Assembly: GCA_965649765.1 (NCBI GenBank)
Contig: OZ287754.1
Coordinates: 16,244,001-16,308,000 of the forward strand
Length of the DNA: 64,000 bases
Source of the DNA: Bispira polyomma
Lineage: Eukaryota
Reading direction: 5' to 3'
Shown here in pieces: positions 44,720 to 59,600 of the stretch. The notes beneath the pieces were generated by a model that made no database searches, was not told the DNA's origin, and was given only the letters and a program-made list of their open reading frames with translations. Both the position numbers and the translations under genes were made by a program. Within the stretch, counting starts at the first letter, position 1; every line of letters starts with the position of its first letter.

Positions 44720-47700
44720 AATTAACCCTGCATAAGTAGTTCTAAATAGACTGGAGCCTTTGAAAAACCGCCACGGATGGGTTTTTTCTCAAAATTTTTT
44801 TCCAAATGTAAGGCAATAATTGACACGGAGAAAATCTGGCCTGCCCAACCACCCCTGCTGACTGGTTGAAACTGGAAGAAGTCTACAGAAACTGATGGAA
44901 CATCCATCACGCTGTGGGCTCTATTGACGGAAAGCATGTAGCTATCAAGAAACGTCTCAATGTTGGGAGTAAATTTTCAACTTTAAAGGCTTCCATTAAA
45001 TTGTGCTGTTAGCCCTGGTTAATGCCAATTACAGATTCATTTGGGTGGACATTGGCTGCAGTGGTTCCTGTTCCAACACCTAAATTTTCAACCAGTCAGT
45101 GCTGAAGGAAAAGTTGGAAGTCGGACACATCGGGCTGCCTAGACCAGCACCACTGTTTGAAGGATTCAGACATGATGTGAACTACATTCTATTGGACGAC
45201 ACCTTCGCCCTGAAGTCTGTTGAAACCATATTCCAGGAGATCACTGACTAACCAGCAAAGGATATGTAATTACAGGATATCAAAGGGAAGGAGGGTCACT
45301 TTGAGACACTTTGATGGACTACTTCATGAATGAGGGGACAGTCCAGTGGCAAAAGAGAGAATATAAAGTTTGACCTGATCCTGAGCCTAAACACCTGAGC
45401 CTGATGAGAAGCCACCCTGAGTCTGAGATGTCGCAGTAGCTGCAAACCAAAAAAGTATTTTCAGGACCACCCAAATATTTCAAGAACAATTACTAAGCTG
45501 TTTGTTACACCCCTCACCCCCTTACCCAATCACATCTCACAAAACACACTTATTAAGGTTTAAACCCAGCACCCATACATGTAATATTTTTGGCCCCACC
45601 ATAGAAACATAGTAGATTCCAACGAAACATGAAATAATTTTGACCTAACCACACCCTGATAAAAGAAACCCCTTAATGAAACAGATTCGAACCCAAGGTC
45701 TTACACATTATAAATTCCTACTGGGGACCCCCATAATATATAACTTAAAAAATACCTAGCAATAGACAGTTCATGGGCAATTCAGTGTCACAGATCATTT
45801 TTACAAACTTTGACATTTGTGTGACCACTTGGTTGGAAACCAAACTCGGTTCAAACCCTAAAAGTGGTGTGACCACTTGTTTGAAAGAGGAATATCTCAG
45901 GAATTTGTTTATTTTGTCTAAGATAAACTCTTTCTATTGCACAACTGTCAAAATATGGGGTTACAAAGAGTTGCTATTTTTTTCTAAATTGTTTCGAAAT
46001 CATTCCTTTTCTCTTATTATTTAAAACAACAATTGCTATGGAAATAGGGGCTTTTTCTCTCAATTTGGTAATGATGTGGGCTTTCTTTTATTTTGTTACT
46101 GGGATATCTACTGCCATTTAATTTTTACTTTTGGGTTTTAAATTCTGGGCTAGTGACTCGTAATCTCTGTCTGTATGTGTGACAATTATTTTTAAAAGCA
46201 CAGTGTAATGTCTTTAGTGGGGGGTATATCTTGGGTTTTGAAGTCTATGCCAGTGACTTATAAGTTCTGTCTGTATCTGTGACAATTATTTTTGAGCGGA
46301 CAATGTAATCTGTTTGTTTGGGCTAATATTTTGAGATATTAACTCTGGGCCAATGATATTTTTATTTCTGTGTGTATGTGACATTTATTTTCGAGGGGAC
46401 GGTGTAATCTGTTTGTTTGAACTAATATTTTGGGTTTCATATTTTGGGATTTGAACTGAAGACCAATGATACTTTTACTTCTGTCTGTAAGTGTGAATTG
46501 TTTTTTAAGGGACGGTATAATCTGTTAGTTTGGGATTTTAAACAAAATAGCTCAACATATTGTTCTTGGAAGATTCGGGTGGCCCTGAAAAGAGCCAGAG
46601 GCTCTGAAACGTGGTGGTCTAAAAAAGACCACCAGCAGATGGCTACTGTGGAGGTGGTGTTGGCTGTGGAGGTGGGGCTGGCTGTGGCTGTAAAACGGGC
46701 AGGACGTTGGGCTGTTGCTAGTTGAGCAATCCAAGTTGCTGTTGCTGCTGGTTGCTCAGTTGTTGGACATTCACTGTAATCAGGTTTGAGAACTGTTTAC
46801 TAGGTGAAAGGCTAGCAAACTTCACCTTTGTAGGAACCCCCACAATGTCATCCATACCATAATAACATAACGGCTTCTGACTCTGACTCTGCTGTGCCTG
46901 TTGCGGAGGAGCCTGAGACATGGTAGCTGTATCCACCACGAGAACTTGATGCTGTGCTGGATGCTGATGCTGCTGCGGGAATGTAGGTTGAACCTGGCGC
47001 TCTCGACTGTGTGAAGCTAGGGACTGTCCTCACAAAGGCACTGCTACGGATATGGCTTATCTCATGCTGGATTCTGCTGATGAGGTTTGAAAATGTCTCA
47101 TCACGGAAGCTCTGAAAGTCAGCCTTGTTCATCTTTTCAGCCTCTGTTGCCAGATACTGGAAGAAAGCGGTGCAGTTCTACTGGGGCTGCTCTGGGTTTC
47201 TCTAACAAAACTGGTCATCAAGGTCGTCATGTGCCCCAGGTGCTCAACGAGTTGACTGCTGATATCTGAGCCCTGGCTGGATGGGGAACTTCTCTGTATG
47301 CTCCTCATACTAGTCTCTGTGGCACTGTTTTCGCTAATACTAGAGCACCTTGACAAATCATACACCTCTCTCTGACGTGGTTGGGAAGCTCTCTGGGTAG
47401 ACATGGCAGATGGCTTGAATACAGAAGACTTGACGTGGTGCACTATGTGCAAGCCGAGGAAGGAAAAAGTGATTGATGAGCCAGTTCTTCCTGTCAGTGA
47501 ACTCTGGGGCTCATTGCCCTGACTTTTTTGCCAAAATGGGTGCGCTGTGACTAAAACCACGTTTTGACTTTGATCATCTTTAGGCATCCACTGGTGGCAA
47601 ACTCCTCTCATAGGCTCTCCTTGAGAGATCCATCTTTAAATTGTTCGTATCTCTTGTTGTAGAGAACCTCGTTATCTCTAGCAAATCCACTGTCGCCTCC

Positions 47701-48465
47701 TCATCCGCCTCTGTCAGTATGTCATGGACCATCTTGCCCGCCTTCTTCACGGGACCTCTGCACTGGGAAGAGTCCATCAATCCCTGGGACGATTCCAACA
47801 ATCCCTCTCTGTCGCTCCATTCACAAGGGGCAGGACTGGCCCTCTGGTCTTTCTTCTTTCTTTGAGCCTATACTTTATCTGAAGAAATACCAACTTTAAA
47901 TTCCCTTTCATTGTTCACATCCATCTTCCTCTTCATCCTTCTTCCTCTAGGCATCTTTATAAATGTTGTGTATATTAAAAAAAAAAACTAACTATGAAAC
48001 TTTGCCTAACTCAGTACATACAATAATTAAAAACAATAAAAATCCACACAGCTAAAAATACAACTCGTATACCAGTCAGCAATCTCCAAATACAATGAGT
48101 CCAGTACTGACGGGATGTTTTTATATCAAACGCCCCGGCAAGCCAAAGTTACATCTTATTGGTCGGGAGTCGATACGTCACATCCTTATGGTTATAATTT
48201 TGCTCATATATACACCCCGTTCGATCATTTAGCTCGCCCGGCAGATCTGATAGCCAATACGTTTTGTCCTACTCTGGCTAGTTTGATCAGGGTAAAATAA
48301 AGTATCAACTCCAAGTTCTGGCAGGGTGTGAGTATGTTCGATCGGCGCGCAATACATCAGATCGTCAGATACGAGTAAGTTCGATCTTACTACTGGCCCG
48401 TTTTGTTTGATCAAATATGGGGCAAATTTGAGTAAAATAGAACGGGCTAGTGTTAGGACAGGCCT
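44720..48465. mobile_element. Decayed Harbinger/PIF DNA transposon (transposase on +, Myb/MADF-like ORF on -)
   Basis: + strand 44800-45365: WNIHHAVGSIDGKHVAI, NFKGFH.IVLLALVNANYRFIWVDIG. - strand ~46550-47960: NEVLYNKRYEQFKD...KTWF.SQRTHFGK. Convergent two-gene layout with a TIR-like end near 48465. Confidence 0.8.
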
Positions 48466-48739
48466 GGAGTGTAATAAGACCTATCAGACAGAATGTAATA
48501 ACAATACTATCGAACGTATCCATCAATACAATTTAGAGGTCCTGGGAGGTAAGTCGGGGTACTTTAAGAAGATATCAAACATGTTTGATATCTTTGTCGA
48601 CAACCCCGTTTTCGCCCCCAGACCTATACGGACATGTCCCGGACCTCGAAATCGAGAAGCTCAGCGATCAAATCGGCATAGTGGAACGACCATTTTATAG
48701 ACATGTATGGTAGAGAAACTAGTGACTGTGTCTTTTTGG

Positions 48740-49030
48740 ATTTTGGGGTAGTATGTGCACTGGCCCAGTCTGGTACAGCCAGGTGTGTATTTGGATTCGA
48801 GGTGAGCCTATCTTTAAGGTTGGGCAATCTTCTGCAGCCAATTAATGGTTTTTCACTAAAGATTTTAGTTAGTTTTTTAGAGTTCTAGATTATATTTCAG
48901 ATGTGGTTGACGAGTTACCTGACGTTTGGGTTAGTGGGGTTGTATAGTGTGACCATCACATTGACATCCTTAGTTTTATCTGGTTTGGTGGCCAGAAGTT
49001 CAGATTGTGTGACTCAGCTTGCTCTCTGAT
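48740..49030 (-). mobile_element. Penelope-like element fragment
   Basis: VMVTLYNPTNPNV...KIFSEKPLIGCRRLPNLKDRL resembles the RT to GIY-YIG linker of Penelope-like elements; contains stops. Confidence 0.6.
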
Positions 49031-49253
49031 AATGTTTTTTGAGATGATAATGTTTACGGTATTAAATAACACAACAATATTTGAAACTAGTAGGTACGTT
49101 TTACATAACTATGAAATATGCAGGTTTGAAAAAATTGTTGTCTGTGTATGTTTAGCAAGACATTTATATTTGTAACTTCTTTCTAACAAATCCAAATAGG
49201 CCTTACTTCACTATGAATTTTGACTAGATAAAATAAGAGCTAAAGTTTTGCAG

Positions 49254-52200
49254 GTACCTCATATTACAATGATGCATGGGATTTCCTTCAAGTGATATGG
49301 ACTAAATGTCACGGTTTGTTTGGTGGTGATCCTTATTCGTTAAACATCTATGGTGAGTAATTTGTTTAATGACTTAACTATCTGATAAACTATATCATGT
49401 TGTGTGTAACTCGGACTGTGTATATTAAGCAGTGGTCTCTGTGGCCTAGTGGTTAGAGTATCAGACTTTAGATCTCAGGTATATGGAGAGCCCAGATTTG
49501 ATCCTCGCTGCAGGCCTGGAGATTGTATCCTTGGACAAGTTGCTTTACACAAAGTTGTCCCTCTCTGCCCAGGCCTAGAAACGAGTACCTAATTGGTGAG
49601 TAATACCGCTAATTGGTGTTTGTCTTTGTGCCACGTATGTAGCAATATGGCTAGTATGCTTCCTGAGAGATATAAAGTAAAGTAAAGTCGGCTAAGACCT
49701 TAATAGAGGTGATATCAGACTATAAACCTTCACACATTTACACACATTCACATACAACACAATAAGCAACATTAAATACATTGGTGATATCCCATTGTTG
49801 TAAAGTGTCGATTCATATTACAGAATCTGTATTAAGTTATATGTTTTCCACAGGACCAAATATTGTGTCATGACAGTGGTGCTTTTTAGTACTATGGCCT
49901 TAAAAAGAGACTGCATAATAGCCACATGTTAAGTTTAAGGCCCAGACGATCTAATTTTATTTACTAAAATTATCACCAATACATACATGTCTCCTTAAAG
50001 TGAACAGAAGATCAATTTTCTATGTGTATTTTAAGTCAGAGAAAGCAGACAAGGTACTTTGGTAGCTAGGAAGCTACAGTCTTCTTTGCTCATAACAAAA
50101 TTATCACTTTGTATGAAACAATAAATACAAGTTGAAGTTCCTAGTTGAACTTAGTTCCAAATCGTAAAGATTCGGAAAAAGATATTATAGCAGAAGACAT
50201 TAATTATAGGGTTTTAAAAGTAGTAATTAGTCCATACCATTAGATTTGTGTTTTTGTAGTGTTCTTTATTAAGGAGCAAAATAATATTTATATTTGGAAT
50301 TCAAACCGGTTTTCAATGTAACTCATACTGGAAAAACAAATAAGTTGGTCTTTAAACATCTGACAGATCATCAAATAATACCCTATTTACAGTCTCTGAC
50401 TTCTGCATAGATTATCAAACAATACAAAGCCCTGAAAAGACAATTAGAATATCCCAAGCAAGTCCCTGGGACCCTGCTGTTGAGTTAGGTGCTACAGTTC
50501 CTGGGGTATCTACGCCTTTGAAAAGACAGGGGGTTGTGTGTGGAGTCCACTCCCAGGATGTATATTGTGAATATCTGTTACCTTTCGGTTGTTAGACATA
50601 TTTTTGCCGCAGATTCAAAAACTATTTTCAAAATGAGGGGAGTGCATCACCACCTTGGCCAAAGGTAAGAAAGGAAAGGCAGACCAATACCTTATTCATC
50701 TTACTTTGCTTAAACATAGACAGAAATACATTCATATTGAGTTATGTTCCCAAATAATTTTCCCAAAATGTTTATTCTGCAGGATTTGCGATTGTTATGT
50801 CTGTTGTCTTTTTGGGAACCACGGGAATATTCCTTCTGGTTGACATCACTGGAAAACCCAAGTCACTGATTCAGTACAAAATGCAGGAGGGAAAGAATGT
50901 ACCTGTATGTACATATCACATTTACTTCATCATACATATCATCATACTTAATAACCATAGAAATTTAATAACTTGTCCATCATTAAATGGTAGTAGTTAG
51001 TGCTATGCTATATTTTAATCATCCTATCAATCCAGTCTGTGATTGTTATACACTGGGTTTTTTTTTTAGTTTTGACCATTTGATGGTCAGTGTAAACAAG
51101 GTTGCTTCATGCAAGTGCACAAGGCTTTTAGGGAAAGAAATACTAAAATGGTAGTGAGTGCTACATTAAGCAAATAGATTTTTGTATCTTATATTGTGGA
51201 CCCGTACATTATATATTGTATTATATACACTCATATATATTGACATTCAAAAAATGACATTGCACATTGATAGGATTGATAGGTATTCAGTAGGTAGGGT
51301 CCCAAAATTTTCTACTGCTACCTTTCCTGCCAAACCTACACAAATTATCTTGCCAACATTCAAGCCCTGGGTTTAATCCCAGCTAAGGGTATTCACCTCG
51401 AAGCAGACTAATAGTGTCTCGGATGATCACATAAAACGGGTGTGTCTATCATATGGTGATCTCCCCAGTGTCCAGATTGCCAATGATTACCGTCAAGCTT
51501 CTGTCCTTTAGGGAAATGGTTGGCTGTACTGTTGCAGTTACGAGAAGGTAGAACTTCGAATCCCAGAAGACAATGAGACTTTCTTAAGGAGTTGTAACTT
51601 AACTACAATAACAAATACAATTATATTATTCTAATTTAATAGCTGAAGGTAAAAGACCTCCAAAAATGTGTGCTTGTTGCACTGTTCAACGTCTATGTTG
51701 TGGGATATCCAGTCCAATATCTTTTCCATTGTGCCTACACGCTTCGAGGAAATGACAATGGTCCAGTCTTGCCCTCTCTACCAACAGCTGGGGCTCAGAT
51801 ATTGATTTGTGTGGCTATGTCAGAGATCGGTTTTTATTACATTCACAGGTATATTCTAGTTTTTGTACATGTCTCATTGTAACATAATCCTTTGATTTGT
51901 GTGTGTGTGGAGGGGGGGGGGGGGCAGTTTTCTACTTGTTTCGTCATAAATAATTGCAGAGTTATCTTGATGACTCAAAAATAGATTGCATTATACCATT
52001 ATATGTATTATGAAACAAGCAATGATAGCAGGATTTAAACATGTAACTAATTATCCTTTGTTGGCCATATAACTTTCTTTTATATTATTACCATAGGACT
52101 CTATAGCAACATGAATGCAGATCAATATCTAGAACCTGTTTGCAGCAAAATTATGTTGTGCAGTTACATCAATATTTGATGAAACATCTGCTATTTATGT

Positions 52201-54345
52201 TTAAACTTTTGATATGTGTAGTGCATGGTTTACATTGATTGAACACAAGTTACTTCCGTTCATCATTTATTTTAAAGCTATCCAAAAAAAACACCTGCTT
52301 TATTTAAGATACTACTTTGCTTTACAGGTTTCTCCATAAACCAAATATCTACAAACACATCCACAAGATGCACCATGAATGGTCAGCTCCCATTAGCATC
52401 AGTGCTTTGTATGCACACCCAATAGAGCACGCCCTGCTTAATCTATTTCCAATGGGTATTGGACCATTGGTAGTTGGATGCCACATCACTGTGAACTGGC
52501 TGTGGTACATGTTGGGCTTATCAGTGACCATCATGCAACACTCTGGCTACCACTTGCCTTTTACACTCTCAGGAGAAGATCATGACTTCCATCATGCAAA
52601 GTATTTAATATGTTACATCATTTTTACAATATATAATCGGTGTGTCGATTTTGTTATAAAACTGCATATGTTTCTCTACTTCTCAAAAAACCCAGCCTTG
52701 ACAGAAATATTCTTAAGAAATACAGACCTGTATCTAATTTGAGCTACATCTCTAAATTTATCAAAAAAGCAGTGGCGAAGCAGTAAATGACTTCATGGTC
52801 CATGAAGACAGCTAAAATATAAATGAATCAGCATATAGATGCTTTCATTCAACTGAGACCGCCCTGTTCAAGATTCAAAGTGATATCTCTGCTTCTGTCG
52901 ACAGTGGCAGCACTCACACTATTAGAGCTGTCGGCTGCATTTAACACGATCAACCATACTATCCTCTTTAACTGTGTGACTGATTGGTTTGGCTTTGATG
53001 ACACCTATCCTTAGTTGATCCAGTCGTATTTACATTGTAGAAAGCAAAAAATTAAAATTGTCTATCAAATTGTTAGAAGCTTTGTCACTTTATATTGGGC
53101 CCTTACTTATTCTCCATGTACACAACTCCCCCTAGTAATATAAGATCTAAGTTTAACGTCAATCATCATCTGTATGCTAACGATCCACAAATATACTTAG
53201 CAATAGCTGCAACCACCTTTGACTAAAACATATCTGAGTTGGCAAAATGCAATGAGGATGTGCAAAACTGGATGGAAAGTTTCTGGCTTAAACTTAACCT
53301 TGACAAAAATGAATTTATTACTATATGTGACAATGCTAATCGAGACAGTTTGAAAACATCAGTCTCCTTGACAACAATATGTCACCTGCAAAAGTAAAGT
53401 AAAGAATCTTGGTGTTATCTTTGACCAAGACAACTCATACATTAGTCATGTAACCAGTGTTTGCCGGGCCTAGTATTACCATCTAAGTGATCTGCGCAGA
53501 ATACGCAGATATCTCAGTCATGAAATTGTGTTTCAGTCCAGCAATTCTTTACTGTTGCAATGAGGTAAACTATTCCACAAAATGAACATGTATGTCTGGA
53601 AATATTAATAGCAACCTCAAGGAATATATTTTGTGGATTTCACTCCTGGTATAAATACTACACTTGTAGTTTTTTAAGTATCGAAGTATGTATGCAGGTT
53701 GGAGTCAAATACTTCTACACAATTGTAGCAGCCTTAAATGCACACCACTGTCTAACAGGGAGTCAATAGGCACACTATAGAATGGGTGAGACATTTTAAA
53801 GCCTAGTTGAACAACAAATCAGACGTGTTAAGGAGTTTTCAATTTAGATATTCTCATTTTCTCGTTGTGTTTCCTATGATCTCGTGTTAGTGAAATTGGT
53901 TTAGTATGTGTCCCTGGATCAACTCCCACTAATATCATAGAACCATATCACACTTGCACATTTCAACCAAACTTGACCATGTGTTGGCAAAGAAATCAAA
54001 TGTCACATTCAACTATCGAGGTATGGGGATTGTTATGCATATGATCGTGACATTACACAATGCATTGAGTGTATATCTAAATACAAACTGTGGAAATTAA
54101 TATCGTACAAATCCTTACAAATATCAATTTACAAAAACAGTGATATAATAATGCTTTTTTTCTGTTTTTTTATATTCAGATTTAAAGACAACTATGCTTT
54201 TCTGGGCATTATGGACTGGTTACATGGCACACAAAGCCACTTCAGGAAGGCTAAAGCCTTCGATAGGCACAGGGTACTAGTTGGACTAACACCAGCCAAT
54301 ATTCTGTACCCAGATGACCATATCAAAACCTGTAAAACAGAGTGA
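49254..54345 (+). CDS. FAXDC2: Fatty acid hydroxylase domain-containing protein 2-like (sterol desaturase family), paralog 1
   Basis: Exons 49254-49352, 50783-50904, 51643-51848, 52328-52600 and 54180-54345, all GT..AG and in frame. His boxes HRFLH, HKMHH, HSG, HDFHH and DWLHGT. A start exon is required upstream (candidate ATGAAATATGCAG at 49111-49123). Confidence 0.9.
49433..49760 (+). mobile_element. tRNA-derived SINE (intron of FAXDC2 paralog 1)
   Basis: gtggcctagtggttagag head and tgtatccttggacaag core; matches 8880-9190. Confidence 0.8.
52680..53560 (+). mobile_element. Decayed L2-like LINE RT fragment (intron of FAXDC2 paralog 1)
   Basis: KYRPVSNL, LELSAAFNTINH, HLYANDPQIY, LKLNLDKNEF and KNLGVIFD. 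Confidence 0.8.
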
Positions 54346-56690
54346 CCAATACAGGATAAATGACTAACACTGCTGGTTTATATATGAAGTAACAGGATAT
54401 TATGCAATACTAATGATTGTTCAATGTTGTAGCTGCATTTGGTATCAAATTTGATTTCATATTAATTATTCAGTCAGTAAAGAGCATTCAAATGGTCAGA
54501 TGTGAAACATGTGAAAATGGTTATGAAAAAGCTAAAATACATTCCATAGGAACAGAATCTCATTGGTGCAGAGAGTAACACATGTCAGGTCACCTATTTT
54601 CTTGGTGATGGTATATAGTTAGTATATAGCTAGTGGTTTTGTACAATACATAAATGGAGAGTTGCTGTGACAATATTATTAAATATAAATATAAAGGCAC
54701 GTGAGTATCAGCTACCCATGTTAGTGGATGGTATTGCAGTTGAAGCTCAACTTCACAAAACATTTATTGTTCAGAAAAACATTTTGACAACCTTAGATTA
54801 CTTTGGAGTACTTCTCTGTACATAATGTGTAAATTCATAAGTGCTAATATTGTACACATGTTGTAATCGGTGTGTCTGTGTGTTTGAATTGTGCTGGGAT
54901 AAAAAATGAATAAATAAAATAAAGGTTAAAGATTTTATATACACATACATTCACTGATAAATTGTCCAATCTGAATTATATTGGAAAATAACGCTCATTC
55001 AGACAAATGTTTGGCCGTATTCGTTGAACCTGGAAAGTCCACGTAAGCCCACGAATAGACCACCCCAAATCGCCCCCTTCCCCCCACTGCCACAAAGTTG
55101 TAATGTGTTTGAAACAATCTATATTGAAACTGTGACAGACATGCTGCAAAAGAGACACATACCTCCACTTACGAAGATATAAGAAACACCCACTAATACC
55201 ACACTAATGCCCACTAATTGCAATGAAAAGTCACTAACTGCTACTAATTGACACTAATGCAAAATCAGCCAACACAACTTGCCGCCAACGAGAAATGTTC
55301 CAAAACTAAACAAGACATAGATACCCCCCCTCCCTCCGCCCTGAAGAAAACCTCTCAAACAAGTTTTGTGCCACATAGGTTTTTTTAATTTTATAACTTT
55401 CGTTGCGGCGTGACTTATGTTGATGGATATCAACAAAGATTTCCGAAGCGCTTCTAATGTAGGTGTTCCTGAAACAAAGTTGAAACTTTTATTCACTGTT
55501 CGATACCAAGACGTTTGTGGTAAGTTCGTAATTGTCATCCATGTAAATGAGACCTACATATCATGTAGTTTTCTCTGGTAATATCTAAAACAAAGGTCGC
55601 TAATGTTGGCTTCCTTGGCACTTTTATTATCATAATAAGTGTGTGAAGTAAACTATTGTAAATCAGTAAAGGTGAAGTGGTTTGGCCAAATTGGTCCAGT
55701 ACCCTCTGTGAAGTAAGAGGATGCAAAAGTCAAAGTTTAGGGTTTTACGTCCCGTTCAACAGCCAGGGTTATATTGGGACAGGCCCACAGCATTTGTTAC
55801 TTGTGTGAGGCGAACCCAGTAAGAGGATGCAAGACACAGACATAGTAGGGTTTCTCACATTCGATTGTACACGCCCATTTCTCCAACTTGACATGATACC
55901 CTAAACTTGAAATACTCAACAACTTTAATTAAATAAAGCTATCACATTGTGTTCACCCCCAGAGACAGTAGTAAACTATTAGTTATGGTGGCCTTATCAT
56001 AAATTTATCATGAATATATGTATATGTTTAACATGTGTAAACAAAAATGTAAATATCTGGGACGGTTTTCACGAAAGTGATCAATTCAACAAGGTCAAAT
56101 CAAATTTGATAAAAAAAAGAAGATTTTTCGGAACAGCTCAGGTTGGTAGTCACAAAACATTCGGTTTCTTCTTTGATTAAATAATGGATTAACTTTGATC
56201 CAGTCAATTGATCTTAATACTTGTTTGTAAATACCGCCTCAGTAGTAGTGTATTAAAATTAACTATAATCCACAACCTCTTTGTCCCTCTCTCTAACTTC
56301 TAATATGATATCTGATTAGTTGAAAGGTACTGGCTATGAGAAATTTACAAAAAATATCAATCTCTGATTTAATCAACATTAATTAAGTATATAAGGACAG
56401 CATCAAGATCACAATATAAATAATACTATGACTTGTGATCGAGTGTACCATATGAAGTACTCTTGACCCAGTTTGATATCATCTGATAAATAAATGTATA
56501 AATATGAAACATATTTATAATAAAGCTTACGATATATTTCATCTCAAATGGTGTTGTCCTAGTTTACAACAGGTGATATTAATGTACAAATATGTAACTA
56601 GATTGTATATCTATATTGAAGCTTAACATATAATTTGCAAAAGCAGGTACACTAATACATGTTGTGCAAGTTTATTTGTGCCTACCAACA

Positions 56691-59600
56691 ATGGAACTGT
56701 ACAGTACTACTGGATCTTTTCTACAAGGATTATGGGAGCAGTGTAACAGGCTTTTTGGTGGAGACCCTTACCTCTTGAATGTCTATGGTGAGTTCATATT
56801 AATTTTAGTAATGACATCTTAAAATCCATTTATTTTCTGTTTGTCCACATCAATTATACCAACACCATATTTGGCACAATGATCTTGCGTATGATCTAAC
56901 ATGCACAATTATGTTTTGGTACAAAAGCCCATGTGCCCATATTGAAGAAATTAACTTGGCTGCCTTTATAGTGTAAATTGAAAGTATTTCTAGGCTTTAA
57001 TGAGAATATATTTAAACTTGAAAATATAACATTTTGTCATTTTTGAAAAGGTACTTAAGTTAACTTATGATAATTCATTATTTTTGTGAGGCCTTTTTTT
57101 TCTCTAATACGAGCCTCATATACACCCTGATATATAGACTTACATATTTATAGTTGCTGTTTTTAGCAATATTACACATTTTTATGAATATATCTGTATT
57201 TCTGTTGACAAACAATCAGTGTCTTTTACAGCATATCTAAACATATGATTAATTAATTATAGGCAGCTCTGGAAACTCAAAGATGCTTAATTGGGTTAAC
57301 ATCGGGTAAATGAAATTTTTCCCGATTTCAAAGTGATATTTCTACCATACACTAGGCCTCCTCATTGTTGTATCCATGGCATTCTGGGGACTAGGGACTT
57401 GCTTTCTTATACTGGACTTCACAGGTCATCCTGAAGTACTGCTACAGTACAAGATACAGCAGAATAAAAACAGACCTGTAAGTATTGTATTTTATTCATA
57501 TTTATACATTTATCTACATTTGTCTGGTATTTAAATCAGTAATTAATTTAATCACTAATCACTAATTAATTCCAAAGCCCAGGCTACCAGCCCCACTACC
57601 CGTGGGCTTGGCATAGACAGAGGCATGAGGATGATCATTTACCAATGCCCACGTGGTGAGTTGGCGTGCCATTTGGGGATAGAACTGACATATTAAGTGT
57701 TCATCTACAGGTTTGGCCCAGTCAGTGGTCGAACTCACGTGCCCATTGTTTCTAGCCCTGTGTTGGTCAATAGGCCCCTGGGGTAAATAAAATCGCAAAC
57801 TCTAACATAAACATATGTGGGTGGCAGAAAGATCTGTGTACTGTTTTATTAAAAGGATATTGATAACAATGCCCACTATTTTAACAAGTCTTTCAGATAT
57901 CCCATCCAGCAAATGGTTATACAAACATTTGGTGCCGAACAGTTAATGAAATGCTTCAAAACATACTATTATGGCTACTGCAGGAATATGAGATTACGCA
58001 AAAGATAAGATTTTAGGTCTGGAAGTCATATTAGTTTGACTTATCATTGTTGTGCTTTAGCTGAAATGGAAGGATCTCAAAAAGGCTCTTACCTTGGGAA
58101 TCTTCAACTTCTTTATCATTGGAATCCCTCTGCAGCATCTTGTATACTATGCTTATGTGTGGAGAGGAAATGACAATGGCCCAGTGTTACCCACTTTACC
58201 CACAGCTCTTCTGCACCTGCTTGGATGTGTGGCCGTAGAGGACGTCTTGTTTTATTATGGCCATAGGTATTTATGTTGGAGTGTCAAATTAAACATCCAT
58301 TAAAGGCCTTTATACACCGCCGACGACACGACACTATACAACAAAACAATTAGAAAATAAAATAACATTTAAAGATTATATAGACTGTTCTCGACACTAC
58401 ACTACACAAAAATTGAACTTGAAGAAATCTCTGTGTGGTTGCGGATTTGCATATTCTGTTTTTTGCAGAAATGGCAGGAAAGGAAAAATCTTTATAATAT
58501 TTTATTTGTATCATGTAGTGTTGTGTTCAATGTACATGGTAATGTATGCCGTATCGTGTAGTGACGTGGTGTAATATGTAGTCGTTGGTCTATAAAGGCT
58601 TTATAAAGTCATCACCAGAACAATGATGGATTGACAAAGATGGCTATGGAGAAGGGTTGAAAAGCCTGAACAGAAGTTTTCATTGACTTCTAAAACTGGT
58701 AGGTTCCACTCAACTGGACCATTTAGGGTCAATGACAGTGTGACTGCCAACCCGCTTAGGTAAGAGTTGATTTAAGACTGAGAGTGTACTGCCACCTGTG
58801 ACAAAGTATGCTGTTTAATTAGATCAATTTTATTGGTATCCAATTTTGTTTTACTCATAAATAGCCTTTACCATGGAAATTGAAAAGAAAATACTTAAAA
58901 TTATTCTTTGACAATGAAGGAAGCAATAGTCAACAGAGGAGCTAAAATGTACACTCTTTGCAGAATTTGAATGTTAATTGGTACATTTAAATATTTATCT
59001 GTATCATTATTTAGAGCCATTATTCATTTACCTTAATTTGGGCCTGGTAAGTTGTCACTATTCTTATCGCCGCTGATAAGCCGGATAGTCCTGACTTCCA
59101 TACCTAATATTTTAGAGTGCAATTTACTGAACTTTATCAGTGTTGCTATAACAATAAAGCATTATAAAGATTATGATATAATATTCAATTCTGCTTTATA
59201 TAGACTCCTGCACCACCCAAGACTCTACAAAGACATCCACAAGATTCACCACGAGTGGACTGCACCTATTGGTATTAGTGCTGTGTATGCACATCCTATA
59301 GAGCACATCCTCTGCAATGTCCTACCACTAGCTGCTGGACCTTTCGCCACAGGCTGTCACATCAGTGTAACTTGGTTGTGGTTCACACTAGGGATCACTG
59401 TGACCACTATTATGCATTCTGGATACCACCTCCCATTTACAAGATCAGCTGAGGCTCATGATTTCCACCATGCCAAGTAGGTTACATTTTGACAAATGAA
59501 TTTTGGTTCATCTTCTTTTTATCTCTTTTGGTCATAATAGGTAAGGTTTAAAGACACCTGTTGGTGAAAGCCATTATACTGGTATACATGTACAAATTTC

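Noticed and set aside
45395-47100. Hammerhead ribozyme cores at CTGATGA motifs (e.g. ~45400, ~47077)
   Set aside because: I could not build stem II with GAAA and a matching stem III by eye. An Infernal/Rfam search would be needed to exclude them fully.
46552-47865. Ser/Gln-rich ORFs as a host gene
   Set aside because: They are frameshifted pieces of the Harbinger Myb/MADF-like ORF.
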